Position numbers and translations under genes: made by a program. This document shows, one piece after another, positions 36,808-50,763 of a stretch of 64,000 nt of DNA. The notes beneath the pieces were generated by a model, which was not told the DNA's origin, did not search any database, and was given only the letters and a program-made list of their open reading frames with translations. The first letter of the stretch is position 1; each line of letters opens with the position of its first letter. Source of the DNA: Tubulanus polymorphus (lineage: Eukaryota > Animalia > Nemertea); assembly GCF_964204645.1 (NCBI RefSeq), contig NC_134036.1, forward strand, positions 496,001 to 560,000, given 5' to 3'.

Positions 36808-38014
36808 TTAGTGTTTATTTATGACAAAAAGGAAAACCATGATAAGGACGAGTCCGATGACCCACAAAGTGACACCGAGAGTGTAGGTAATTTTGGACCA
36901 AAGCAGGGCTTGTTTCGACGCCAGCAATGCACCGTAAGAATTCCCGATAGACCAGAGTCGCGTTACCTAAAATTGAGACAAGAGTATAGACGGTAGACTA
37001 GAACTATGGGGTCGGGTAATAGGGGGAGCACGTAGGCCCAGTTAATCAGCGTTACCTCAGCCGCCTTCATTATTGCAATAAGACCGGTAGGAAAGAAACA
37101 AAACACTGCTGATACAATAGTGAATATCATGTAATCATTAGGAGGTTTTCCTAGACCCTACAAAGTAATGGAAATATACATAGTTGAGGTAACAAATGAA
37201 AGAGGTCACTCTAATCAGTGAGATGTGGAAAGAGGTCACACTGCCCAGTAAGGAGAGACGTATATAGATGTAGTGACAATGACGTCACACCGTCCAGTAT
37301 AACTAATACTATTTTTGTATAGATGAAATCTTGTCGTGGTCAACGAAGGGAGTGACCCATATTGATATTCTCTATATATGGATATATCTTACCGGATCGT
37401 TTATAGAGACAGCCCTAGTAGGGATCTGCCTATCGTCGTATCCGATACCGTACACTGGAGCTGGTCCGCCTATAGGACTGAACGCGTCCGGTGCTGGGAT
37501 TAAATCACCAGTATTTCCTTGATAAACACCTGTAGGATATATTATAGTGAATGTAAGTAGAATTTATCATTATTGAGTCTGTTATCCTTGTTTCGAGAAT
37601 AAACCCATCAAATTGAAAGGTTTTCCAAAAGTATCATATAGAAATACTTCGGGAATATTACAAGTATGAATTGATAGTTCTGGTTTTCAAAAATTTGAAA
37701 TTTAGTTCTTGAAGAAATATCAATATGAAATTGAGAGGTTTCGAGAATAGTATAGAAAGTTGATAATTGTTTGAGAATATGATTTCAAATTGAAAGGTTC
37801 GGTTGCAATAATCGGTTTGCTGGAGTTAACATCAGGGTTTACCTTTAGGAGTTAAAAGTTGCGCGTCTCCAGAGTTTATGTAGTGTATTTGTGTCTAAGG
37901 AAATCATTGGTTTCACTTTCGTGGTTTCTTACCTTCACAATTATGTCTTTGTGCCTTTAAAGAGGTTTATTCGCGAATATGCTAGAAATCAATATAGTTC
38001 TACGTACCTGACAT
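36808..38014 (-). CDS. CD225/dispanin family (IFITM/PRRT-like) membrane protein, about 134 aa, not in ORF track
   Basis: Exons 38014-38008 (ATGTCAG|gtacgt, tentative), 37529-37393, 37157-37056, 36966-36808(TAA); all GT-AG; total 405 nt. Protein MSGVYQGNTGDLIPAPDAFSPIGGPAPVYGIGYDDRQIPTRAVSINDPGLGKPPNDYMIFTIVSAVFCFFPTGLIAIMKAAEVTRLWSIGNSYGALLASKQALLWSKITYTLGVTLWVIGLVLIMVFLFVINKH fits the CD225 pattern (P-x-DY..., FCFFPTGLIA, G...GA..AS..A, C-terminal TM helix). Confidence 0.85.
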
Positions 38015-40311
38015 ATTACTGTATTAATATCCAAACTTATGAAAAAGTGTAAAGACTTTTCTACGCAGAGTTCTATCCGTTTTCATTCTAGCCTTACATT
38101 TCCGTACTGAGCGAATATAGTTTTATCACGAATTGCTTACACTGAAAGGTTACAGAACACATATCGCTATATAGATAACAGTGCTCGTATCAAACTGTAT
38201 ATCTTACAAAACACTGCTCTTTATACTGTGCGTAATTCTCCCCCCCCCTTTTTTAGTGCCTGGCCTCAATCGATCGTGGTTTTTAGCAGTAAGCAAAAGT
38301 AAACATTTTTCAGCACTTAAGTTCGGATAAAGTAGTAAATTACACCAATGCTAGACATTGTAATGACTCATTAAGGTTTACTGCCGAAACCACCCGCGCC
38401 GTATCGGATACAAAATAAACATCGTTATCTAAAATCGTAGTTTACAAGAATCAAGTGTCACAGTGGTCCGTATTAATTGGACGCAAAAATTAATATATTT
38501 TGAGAGTAAATGTGCTAATATTTTAGTTCGCGTATATTCCGCTATCGTTATTCATTGGGGCAGCACTGAACGGTTGAGATTTAACAGAGCCTCGGCATTC
38601 TACTGTGGCATGCGAGGAATACTGATACTTTTCTAAGTTCAATTAGATTCATCAATAAAGACTAGTTTGTTTTTGATAAAAATCGTTTCAATGTTACAGC
38701 TTAATCTAAGGGTAATCTGCTTTTTAAAATGGATTTTAAGCCGCTTTTAAAAAGAACTCTTTTCTAAGCGTAATGTATTAGCACTCGGTAAAGCGCCAAA
38801 CTCACATGCCACAGAAAGAATCTCAATTAAATTGAATTTTATTTCCGATGTTTATCAGACCATAATTCATGATAATCAATATTTTACGCACAGTATTTTT
38901 CACTTTCCCCGGGTTTAAGGGACCACTAAATCTCGTGATCTCTAAAAATCTCTAGTGATGTTTGCTTGACTTTATTTCGATCAATACTATTCTTTTACTC
39001 TGGTGGCATCAAAAATACTTGAAACATCAAAAATAAAATCAAACGAATCGATATTTAAATGGGATTAAATTTCATTTATTTTTTTTTTCGATAATTTTCA
39101 TAACAACACAATTACCGGGTATATCGTAATAAAAGGGAACACAAATAAATATCAATATCGTTATCGTAACACCACCGCAGAAAAGGGGCGATAATTGTAG
39201 TAAAGACTGAGGATAAGAATGAAGAGGATGATAATAGATTAAGAGATGCGTGGTACAATGTGTGTGTGGTCCCCTTAATGCTCGATTCATTGTTTACAAC
39301 ACAAAGATTTAACTAACATTTAGATTCAGAATTATTATGCTTTTAAAATGAAACTGTGAAAATTGAAGGTTGCTAAAATCTATCGGCTTCGTTTGTTTAC
39401 CACTCGACATGAAGCAAGGACCCAAGTCCAAAAGTCCAAAACTGGTCTTAAATCTAATGACAGGTCTTAACTTGTTTGATAAATATTGTAGCCGCAGAAT
39501 GTAAATAGATAGGCTTAGACCGGTCTTAAATCTGTAAGTCATGTCTGCGTAATTGAACTATGCAGTCAGTGGCATAGTCACAAATTAAACAAGTCTTAAA
39601 GACAGTCTTAGTTGTATCGTCAATCTAAGAACTACTAATCAGCCTTATGACTCAAGACCTTAATCTATAAACTGAGCCTTGTTTTCTAAAATGGAAAAAA
39701 ACCTGTTACATGTTGTCATCATTCAGTAATCCTAAAAATCTGTGTTTATCAAAATCTCAGCATTTTTCTATCATCTATAAATCAGTGGAATGTTGTTACA
39801 CAATTCATTAAAACAATTTCACAATACGACGACAAATTCTGCGAGCATTCACCAGATAAATGCTTCTTTACATTCTTCAGTTGTTTATGATATGCATTTG
39901 AAATAATGACTAAACGTGACTAAATGACTAATAGAGCCTTGCGTATCAGACAGTAACCCTTCAGCTTCGGCAGCCGATTTTTAGTCACTTTAGTTTAAAG
40001 CTGTTTTTGACAATGACGACTAGTTTTCTTTAACGTGACCCCTCCTTTAAGTGACCATCGGCAGTCATACTCCGCCACGAGTACCCATTACGAGTACCCT
40101 TCATATGAGTAACCATTCGGATACTACTGACCTCAGGCTCATGACACTAGACTACCTCAATAGAGACAACATAGATTTTCCTAATCCAGCAAGCACTGTT
40201 AAATATGATACAAGTTAACATTTTACTTTTGCTTTAAATGATTTGACTTTAGTCAAATTTAACTAAAAACATTGGAACCAGGTCGACTGAAAGGTCATAT
40301 GACCGGCCGGA

Positions 40312-40457
40312 GTAGTCCTTAAACTGACTCAATCAAAGGATCTTATGACTGACAGGAGGAGTCCTTAAACTGACTCAATCAAAGGATCTTATGACTGACA
40401 GGAGGAGTCCTCAAACTGACTCAATCAAAGGATCTTATGACTGCCAGGAGGAGTCCT
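40312..40457. repeat. 46-bp tandem repeat x3
   Basis: agtccttaaactgactcaatcaaaggatcttatgactgacagg(a/g). Confidence 0.9.
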
Positions 40458-41140
40458 ATATACTGATCGCCCTTTTTTGACACAGAGGAAAATACAGAAT
40501 TATCAACTAATTAGAACAATAAAACATTAAAATTATTGAAATGAATTTACAATCATACAACCAATCCACAATCAATTCATAACCAATCGACAATCAATTC
40601 TGAACTTATCTACGATCATTTCTTGAAAGAAACGATTAGTAACAAGTTAACAGATTTAAATCTATCTAAATATTTTAAAAATTCGTCAAACCATTTCATA
40701 AGCCAAGAACAGATGAACAAAATCAACTCAAATCAGTCGAATTATTGATTCTGATTCTCTTGAATTATATCTAATCATTCATTCATTCATAGAATTATTT
40801 TGTATTCATCGATAAAATCACAACAGAATTTACACACTTTCAGACCATCAAAACTACACTAAAACATTGTCGATATCAGTATTAATATTATCATTATTAT
40901 TACAATTATCATAATTATCGAAATACTAGCTTTGGCAACGTGAATATTAAAATCGATTATAATTATAATATTGCATCGAAGAAAATCACCTCAGTTTAAT
41001 TTTCACACTTGTGTTACACTTCATAGTTCTGAAATTCATTTAATCCAATCAAAACCTAGTCATTTTCCAGCCGATAGGTATATAGACACTATGAGTTTAA
41101 TAACTAAGAAAGGGTTTCAATGTTTTTGCTAGGAATCCTG

Positions 41141-41278
41141 GGGCCAGTTGCACAGTCGTGACTTAAGTCAAAAAGTGGTCTTAAATCTTAAGACCGGTCT
41201 TAAGTTGTTAGATTGGCTATAGAACTTAGTTGGTCTTAGACTGGTCTTAAGTCTAAGCCATGACTATGCAACCGGCCC
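41141..41278. mobile_element. MITE family A (CTG TSD)
   Basis: CTG at 41138-41140 and 41279-41281; matches 5507-5644. Confidence 0.85.
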
Positions 41279-41281
41279 CTG

Positions 41282-41732
41282 GGCTGGGTTTCATAGATGT
41301 GGAAGAAAGAAAGTCCCTGGGAACATTTTGAAATTCATTAGTTATAACCATGGTTTCTCATTGTTACTATGGTGCTTGTCATCCAGATTGAAGATTTACC
41401 CCTAGGGATAACTTTCATACTCAGTCTATTAACCCTTTCAGTGCTGACTAATTAATACCCTATAGTGCTGAAGATAATTTGAAAATTCTGAAAATTTCCA
41501 CCCTAGTGTGTTCAATAACAGGAATACCGCTATAGTGCGTCTACACTGCCGTGCGGTGTATCGTTAGTAACTAATATTTCACAATGTTTAACAGGTGCTG
41601 CCATCTTTCAATAGAGATAATTAGTAATTACTAATTAAATCAATACACCGCAGTGTGGTGTACTAGCAAAATCCTTCACTGATTTGTACACCGCACTGCG
41701 GTGTAGACGCACTGAAAGGGTTAAACCGGGCC
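41282..41732. mobile_element. MITE family B interrupted by a piggyBac-like insertion
   Basis: Family B sequence 41282-41428 resumes at 41725 (accgggcc). Confidence 0.8.
41433..41720. mobile_element. piggyBac-type non-autonomous element (288 bp, TTAA TSD)
   Basis: TTAA|CCCTTTCAGTGC ... GCACTGAAAGGG|TTAA with a perfect 12-bp TIR; subterminal inverted repeat agtgcgtctacac...gcggtgta (~41534) vs ~41687-41713. Confidence 0.88.
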
Positions 41733-42209
41733 ATGAAGTTTCACTGGAGATATTTCTAAAGCGTGCGTAAGCATAGATTCAAAAGCATCATTATTCTATA
41801 TCATATTTAAAAAGATATGTTTTAAGTTACCGCGTTTGAAGTAGAGAATTGTGGGTTATACCTAATACATACTGTGACTAGTTTTATGTCTTAATACAGG
41901 TATCAATCTGCAGTTGACGCCCGACAAACTGAGCTTGTATTCCGGCAACCTTTCATTACCGATCGTTCCCAACTTCACCTGAGAATTTCTAATTGAAAAT
42001 ACACTACAAACACCAGATATTAGATATTTCATCAGCACACTTTCAAAAACTGATTGTCCACACTTCAAATGTGTTCAGAACTTCACCTGAGATATTTTTA
42101 ATTGAAAATGAACTTCCAACACCAGATATTAGACATTTTATCAACACACGTCAAAAACTGATCATCACTTGGTATATGGTTTGAGAGAGTGAGGGTTTCA
42201 GGCAGCGTG

Positions 42210-42372
42210 GGGGGTAGTTCCAGGCTATAGGAGGGTAGTTCCCAATCCAGACTATAGGAGGGTAGTTCCAGGCTATAGGAGGGTAGTTCCCAATCCAGAC
42301 TATAGGAGGGTAGTTCCAGGCTATAGGAGGGTAGTTCCCAATCCAGGCTATAGGAGGGGCATTCCAGGCAAT
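42210..42372. repeat. 21/27-bp minisatellite in the CPT1 3' region
   Basis: ggagggtagttcc(caatcc)ag(g/a)ctata repeated. Confidence 0.85.
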
Positions 42373-42502
42373 AATGGGGGGAGAGTGCCAGGCTGCAGAT
42401 TGATAGATGTATATAGGTCATGACTACATTCACATGTTGACACCTGAGTTGAATTCGTTCATTGAAAATGTTTTATTTTTAGAACGCACTGTAGTTTTTT
42501 GA

Positions 42503-45500
42503 TCAATGAGAATTATTCATCGTAGGTCCGTCCGTCTGCTGACTGTCCGGTTTAATCGGTCGGCCGCGCGCATCGAATCTCTGCGACTCAGGTTGATTGA
42601 ACAACAATCGAATGTCGGTTAAACTTTCAAACAATAAATCCATGAATCTGGCGGCGTTCGTCGTTTTTGCCGATTTCTTGCACGAAACGTGGAAGAAGAA
42701 ACGATGGTCGCCGGGGATCATGTACGACACGCCGTAACCGAGATCAGAGACCGGTCCGAATCCACCGCCTGGACTTATCTGTAAATATACATCATTATAC
42801 AATATGTATTATTTATACTGAAATAGGAGGGTGAGGGGAGTTTGGATGAGGGGAGAGAGGATGAGGGGAGTAAGAAGAGTTGGGATTAGGGGAGCGAGGG
42901 AGAGAGGAATCAGAGGGGAGGTCTAAAAACTAAAATTTTGACTAGCTGGAATGAATTGCTGGGTGGAGGAAAATTATTGATTTACTATACGGTTATTTTA
43001 ACGCCACTTTTTATTTCTGGGTGCTGGGGGTATGTGGGAGCTCGAGGGGGATAGATAGGTAAAGGTGCTGCTAGGTTTTCTAAGTTAAAAGGAGGTGAGA
43101 GATAGAGAGTTGAAATAGCTTAGTATAAGTAATTGCAGGACGTTGTAGGAGGTGAATCAGCATAGTATAGGTAATTGCAGAAGGTTGTAGGAGGTAGGAG
43201 GTAAAGAATGAGGTGACATACAGTCACATACCTTGTTCTGATAGTACGGTAAACTACAATCAGGCATTCCAGATATTTGTTGTTGAGGTTGTTGTGAGGT
43301 AGATAAAGTCCACGGAATCATCAACGATTCTTTCAGAAATTCACTTTCGGGTTTCGAATCCTGAAAATAAACCGGAATATGTTCAATCAAAAACTGTTTA
43401 AGAGTTGAAAACATTGAAAATGAACTAGTTCTAATCAAATTCAACTCATTTGTATAGAAGTGTTCTAACTTACGTATCCCATGCCTTTACAAACTACATA
43501 TAAAGCGAATAGATGTCGATCAATTCCTTTTCCATTCATACAATCGCGATACATATTCTGATGAAAGTCACACGCCTGTTTTAATAACTTCTTCTTTTCA
43601 TCGTCTGGAGTTTTACCGTCTGTCATAGCTCTGAAAGGGTTAATCGAATAAAATCAGTAAGTTTACAATTAGTAATACATGAGATAACATCTCTTCTCAC
43701 AGATAGACAAGGTGGCAGCCACTTCTCACCCATTTATAAATCACAAATTTAAAGTTTTCCCTGATCCCCCTGAGTGAATCGGAGACATTTCTAGATTTAA
43801 AATGTTACAATTCATTCATTTTTCATTGAATCACGTATTGATAAAGAAACACGCGGTCAATAGCTTTATCTAAATTGCCCAAGTTTTCAAGGGGTTTGGT
43901 AAAATTCATCAAATTCCCAGAGTTTTCCCAGATTTTTCTGATTCCCTGGGTTTTCTAGGTTAGTGGCGCCACCATGTAGACTCAAAACTAACTCTTTTTC
44001 AGAAGTTCTTTATCAATTATATTTTTATTCTGTAAAGCTAAACCAGTTGTTATATGTATATGAACTTACTTGACGAAAGCCACCGAATATTTCGACAGCG
44101 AACGAACTGTCTCGGTACGACCTTGAAGATACAATCGGGTCATCGAAGACTCGTAGACGAGGGCTATTTTACCCGCGTCTTTGTAATAGGCTAGTTGTAA
44201 GGCTAGTTGAATATACGCGTCGGGGCTAACCTACAATAATCAGACACAAATCATTAGAAACAATTTCAAAAACATTTATATTTTAGCTGAATTAGAGTGC
44301 CCTGTAGTTTTTTTTATCAATGATAATTTTAATGTTTTTAAATCTATTTTCTTATCTTAGGTAAAGTGAGATGAATAAGTAGATATTGCAAGAAAATAAA
44401 TGATCATTATCATTTTCATGAATTTAGGAAGTTGAAGGCGGTATTTTAATTGTAATTGTAAAACAAACCTGTATCTTTTTAACGAGGCCTTTTCCGTACG
44501 ACTTATGTTCCTTTACGCATAACATCAAATCATCATTATTCTGAAATAGGATAAAATTGTTATCAGCATTTTTCAAACCGCGACTAAATTCAGAGTCGAG
44601 TTTTTAGTCTATATTTTACCTGTACGTTCAGCGTGAAAGCATTCTCTATTTTACTCGCTAATACGCAGTTATCTGGTAAATCCCACACTAATCTCTGAGG
44701 GTTACTGCATTTAGCTTTCTGAGATACTTTATCGGGCATCAGATAACCATCTTCGGTGTATAACTTCTCCAGTAACCTTAAATTTTCATAGACAAAAAAT
44801 CTATCAGCAAAAACATTTATTTTACAGTAAACCTTGCAGTGTAAATAAATGCATGGCCAACTCTTGAGTCTAGACTATTTTGGACAAAATGAGATCATTT
44901 TCTGATTTCCTACTAAAAATATTTTCCAATCCTGAAATTGGACTTTCAGCTTGACTCAATTTTGCCACCGGTCCCAGTTCGTCCTCCCAAGTTAGGTGAG
45001 TTGTTAACTTTCACTTGCAATAATTTCAAGTATGATTGTTCATGTAACACTTACTCATTGGTCATACAGTATTCTCCGACGTGTCCCATAACCGGGGCAT
45101 CGCCCCACGAGTGTTCGCAATTAATACCGAATTTACCATCGGCGAAAAACACCAAACTGAACGACTTATCAAACCACATGTTACCTCCGTCGCCGTGTAG
45201 GAGATATTTACCGCGATCTGAGAAATGTTCGAACTTCTCATCGGACAGTACGACCTGAAAATAATACAACAATACAACCATATCAGTTACCTGGCAACGA
45301 AGTGCAACAATACCCCGGTCAGTTACCTAGCGACATTATGTAACAATACCCCAATCAGTTACCTAGCGACATTATGTAACAATACCCCAATCAGTTACCT
45401 AGCAACAATATACAACAATACAACCGTCAGTTACTCGCTAGTAACAATGTTTAAATTTGATACTTACAACGAATACAGATTTCTCGATGACGTCCAAAGC

Positions 45501-48500
45501 CTCTTTGTTCGGTCCATTTTTGAAATACGAATTACGAATTCTCGCCCAATCCGTACGAGGTAGTCCCGTTAACGCCGGTAGATGGCGCTCCGCCGTCGTT
45601 ACCGAGTCGATATCCCGTCCGGCGTTCTCGACGATCCATTCGAACTGTAACTCCATACTCTGACGAGTCAGTGGCTCCCCCTTGCTGTCAAATATGTCGA
45701 TACGATAATACAAACCCTTATATATCACAACTATATGCTGCAAGTAATAAGAGATTCGCGTTTAGATTTCTACTCAATCCTTTAGACGAAACAGTAGAGC
45801 CCTCTATTGGTGTACCTTTGAAACAGTGGTATCGTAATGTACAAGTTCATCGATATCTTCACCTGGAATTCTATGAAATGGGAAAAAAAAGATCGAGTTC
45901 ATAATTTTCATTCGGGTAATCGTGAGAATTTGAATGATTTAACCGAAGCTATTGTTGCTGCGGTTGCTGTTGGTTACCTGGTTGTTGAAAAGATGCGTTC
46001 ATACTGCCACATACACAATGGAATAGTGTTACGTATCAGTAACGGAGGAATCTGTTCGCGATCTAAATAACGCTCGAATTCTAAAAACTGTATCGTCACT
46101 AAAGCTGCCCTGTTTAAACAATAGAAATCGTTATTTCAAATTTCGAATAGATCATGAATTTCAAACGGACGCGACGTGAGTCGTAGTTTACCTTGAACAT
46201 TGTCTAATGGTCGGCTGCCAATAACAATGATCTAATACGTAATAATTACTGTTAATCGCTATCGGCGATCGACCCATTAAATACACGTATCTATCCCTGA
46301 AAATAGCGAATATCATTGAGTTAGGACAGACCGATTATCAGCTGTAGGGGGTGATAGGTATCGGTACACGTACCACCAGTCTGTCATATAGTTTTCGGCC
46401 CACCACGATTTTAACATTAATACTTTTTGTAACCGTTGACCAATCGACTTCTCAAACGCCTGAAACAAAACAAACAAACAAATATTTTCAATGATTATTT
46501 TCGTGAAATAATTCTCATTGTTTTTTTAACAGGACTCCTCTACTTAGCTAACAAGTAAAAACTCACAGTAGATATTAAAGTGTCTATTGTGTCTGGCAGT
46601 TTCGAAATTTTTACTTAACCCCAACATCAGAGAAACCAAAATGATTCAATGATGATATCACTTCAGTTTCACACTGATGAGGGGGTTAAGATAAGCCCCA
46701 AAACTGTCAGAAAATTAACTTTTAATATCAACCGTGGATTTTTCTCGTAAACTCTAGATTTGAGATAAACATCAGTCTAAAAGTCACCTCTACTCAGAGG
46801 TAACGGATCCTGAAATGATGAATTCTAACCTTTGCTTTTCGTTTGATCGTTTCCATTTTTTCGGGATCGTCTCCGTAAAGCGGTTCTAGAGATTCTAATA
46901 GTTTATCGAGCGTGCTGCGCAGAGACGGGACAGGCATTCGGGGTAGCGATGCCTGACAGCTGTACGTACTCGGGGAATATCCGCTCCACAGTCGAACGAC
47001 TAAACCCCATATTTTAGTCGATAGACACTGGTGTCGAGGTGGTTCATCTAGAAAAACATCAAAACACATTTTATCTTCAAGTATAATCTTTATAGTTTTG
47101 TTATAAAGGGCAAGTCTGAAGTCTTAAGTATTTCTTTTCACATATTCTTTAAGTATGCATACATCAAATAAAATAAAATAACTGATTCGGTAAAATGTAC
47201 AGTTGAAGGGAGTGCTCCTTTAAGGTCAATATATAACCAATGCCTGGCTCCATAAGCATAATCATAAATTCATTTAAAACTTGAATTAGCTTAGAATAAA
47301 AATCAGTTAATTTCCAATGTTCTTAGTGAAATCTTTAAGAACTGCAAAACTGGATCTTTGATCAACAGCCAGACGGTGTAGACATTTCGACAGTCAACAT
47401 GTTGAGTTTACAAGGCTGGGAGAGAAGGAGAGGGAGGAGAGGGAGGAGAGGGGTGAGAGGGAGGAGAGGGATGAGAGGGAGGAGAGGGAGGAGAGAGAGG
47501 GGGTTGTATTGTACTTACACATCCATCCTCTGTAAGCCAGTAATACTCTTAACGTATATCTCCTAACGTACATTAAAATGAGGAAAAACAGGAATCCAGC
47601 GGCAGCCGTTACAAATAATATCTGTATATAATACGGTATCCCTGCAAAAAAAATAAAACGTTTAAAATAATATCGAAAATAATGATTAAACTGTAAATTT
47701 GTATTTCCAAGTCTTTGTTACATTTTACTGAAGTCTATTTTTTTGATCCAAAGTTGATGCATTATAATTCACACTAAGTGTATGTTGTCATTGGAATAAG
47801 TCGTCACATCTATGACGATGATTTAAGCAAGTTTATATGGTCATTGTTGTTCTACAACATTTCAAGCAGAACACTTCTACCGATCTTTTGTGATAATTTA
47901 TTCGTAAAATAACCAATACTCAAAATGATAGAAATAAGTTTGTTCTTCTTGAGACTGTAGATACCTGAATGTATATGCAGGAAGTCCGCTAAACGCCACA
48001 GTTGAGCGTTAACGGGTTGAACCCACGTCCAATCACCGATTAAACACATCGACAACAATCCGACCGTTAATCCCAGATTCCAGATCGAAGTCGGCCACAT
48101 TCCGTTCCGGATTAGATTCCTACGAGAAGAGATAAAATCGTTAAGATTCTGATTTAGCGCCTAACAATCCATTATTACACAAAGAATTGTAAATGTTCTA
48201 AAAACACGAAACATCCCAGAAACAGTCGCTTGTAACAATCGGATAAACAACATTGTAACAAATGCCATTTTAGATATTCTTAGACATCTTTGGTAAACCT
48301 TGCCAGGGTTTGATCGCCTCCCGCTGAAGCTCACACCACCAATCTATATATCTTAGCCAATCAGATGCACTACATTGAGCAAGAGCGAATCCATCAGTGA
48401 AAAACAATGCTGATCGGTCAAGTTTATAGACTGGTGGCCGGTAAGCGCCAACATGTCCGCTCAAGAAATCTTGGGGGGTGTAAATACACCAATGAAGGGA

Positions 48501-50215
48501 CTGCAGCCTGAGCTTGTGTTGGTGCGAAACCCGGCGCATAGCAATCAAACCCTGGCAAGTGAGGATGCTGGTTAACTAACTTCATAACCAAATCTGATGT
48601 TACTGTAGCTCTGAGTTGAACAGCAGTTATATACGTGCCACTGCGTAACCCAATATTCTAATATATTCATTGTTTGAAATAAGCTATTATTTGCCCGGTG
48701 TTCAAACCATTCAACTATTGATTTTAGAAACTGCATTGATGGATTTCTATAATAACTTATTCTATCTAATAATGATTTCATTTCTTTTCATACAGATCAA
48801 ATGGATTCTATAATTGTTTGCAAGATATGACTCGAATTGTCATTTGGCTTCCATCTCTAAATTGAAGGTAAGGATATTCGTCAATAATTTGAAATTTTCA
48901 CGGATCTTGGTTTGTCTTGATTACTTTCATTGCGGTTCAATGTTATTTCAATGGATAATGATTATTAAGAATTCCTAGCGAAAGGGAGATATTATATGAT
49001 TAGGAAGACTTAATAGCTTAATAAAAATCAATCGACAAAAGAAATTAGATTTTAAATCAATTTGAAGAAAATTAATGAAATTAAATGAATCTTTTAAAAC
49101 AATCATTTTGAATTGAAATAACGGAGAGATATTATAAGAAGTACACGTGTACTTAATATTCATAAACGACCTATTTAAACCGATATGATTGTGGTTATCA
49201 ATGTCCAGTAAACGTAGGCGCGCGTGAAGGACTCAACTAAATCATTTATAACAATTAGAGAGAATCTAATGAGCTGAGATTGATAGACTTTTATTAGACT
49301 TTGATCTCAGAGATGCCTAATACACACAATTATAGATTAGCGGTTAGAGTATAGCAGGAATTTACTATTCAGAACTGGGTGACCTAGTGACATAATATAT
49401 AGGCCGTTCCACCGCTAACCTAGTGTTTGTATGACACAAAACATGTGACTGGTTGTGTGTAAAATATAAAACTGATTGTCACGTGCAACTGAGACATTAA
49501 ATCTTAATCCTAATCCTAATCCTAAGATTAGGTAAGCATAGCTTTCTTCTGAATCTGATCAAAATTGCATATATCAATGATAATAATATACTGATTTTAC
49601 ACTTTTAAAATGGGGTGCCCTAAAGAGTGGTCCTTACTGATCAGCTGATCCAATGGTACTTCCTCCAGCATCCTACTGATAACTCAGAGGCTGCAGTTGG
49701 TCAATAGTTGGTTAAAGATAACCAGTGGATAAATGCCATTAACAATGAAGTTTTAATCGTCACTATATGTCAACTATCAACTGGTTAACTCTAACCAACA
49801 TTTGAGCAACTGCAGCCCGTGACTGGGTCCAGACTGGGTGTGTTGTAGGGTGCACTGATGCGCAGTGGTGTATGGAATTTGACCCTACTGCCCTGCACAA
49901 GGCAGCAGGGGGTCCAGTCCAGGGAACAAGGAATTGGGAAAAATCAGCTGGACCCATCAGCAGGCCCTACCCCCTACTGAAATGGCTAATACCTCATAGA
50001 TAAAAGTCCTGATCGTCTTGTGTGATCGATCAATTTTACTGTAAATCAAATTTGTATTAATTGACGTGAGCGGAAAATCGACAGACTAACCTGGTCCGAA
50101 AGAATCGTCGTAGAATAGATTTTCTCCATTCCCTGATGAAATCTCGTCCCGGGTCGACTCCTTCTTCTAAATAATGAACCCTCGGTTCACTGGTAGCGCT
50201 TCTAGCTTCAGCCAT
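42503..50215 (-). CDS. CPT1: Carnitine O-palmitoyltransferase 1-like (about 806 aa, 16 coding exons)
   Basis: MAEA start, N-terminal TM segments, [50 protein letters not shown], catalytic [63 protein letters not shown]. Exons 50215-50091,48119-47965,47641-47519,47047-46830,46459-46374,46296-46192,46109-45978,45870-45816,45737-45468,45254-45055,44776-44620,44540-44469,44230-44070,43630-43474,43360-43232,42778-42503. Confidence 0.95.
45282..45435. repeat. 36-bp tandem repeat, about 4 copies (CPT1 intron)
   Basis: tcagttacctagcgacattatgtaacaataccccaa. Confidence 0.85.
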
Positions 50216-50329
50216 TATCGCAGCTCTCTGTATTCGACAATCCGATCACCAGTTTCAGGAGCCTGATCAAAATAGAGGCGATTTCATTGTTGTGTGGTCG
50301 AGGTCAGTGTTTACTGCGTCAGTAGTAAC

Positions 50330-50763
50330 CTGCTGGTAGCGGCTTCAGGTCTATCCCCGGTCACCGCTTTCTCGCGCCTCTAGAAAAATACAAACTCGAC
50401 AGCTGCACACACGGAACGACAGTACACTTGCCGCAGTAAGCATTGCCTTGCCAAATTAAATCAAATTTGAAATACGCTTTATTGATCGTAAATGTTCCCG
50501 AAATGCTCGGCTATTCTTAGTTACCCCCTCAAATGCCATATCGAAAAGAAATATATATAAATATTACACAATCTGGGAATATTTTCAGATTATTTCGAGG
50601 TCTAGGAATCGAGAAAATCAACTTTCTAATTTTGAAGCGGGCCTAAACCCGGAAGTAAATGCGTCCAATTCAACGCAATATAATTTTATTGACAGATTCC
50701 GGATTAAAATGAGGATGAAATAATGTCTGTTTTGATAGTTTTATCGTACACGAATATCGTAAT
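50330..50763. promoter_or_regulatory. Bidirectional promoter CPT1(-)/RALBP1(+)
   Basis: Head-to-head genes; ETS motif CCGGAAGT at 50649-50656; + strand donor AAT|gtaagt at 50763/50764 (non-coding first exon of RALBP1); - strand 5'UTR donor near 50329. Confidence 0.5.

Noticed and set aside
37843-37933. Alternative upstream exons for the dispanin gene (donors at 37933 and 37843)
   Set aside because: Would need a 38-nt intron, shorter than any other here, or contain in-frame stops; ATGTCAG|gtacgt is simpler
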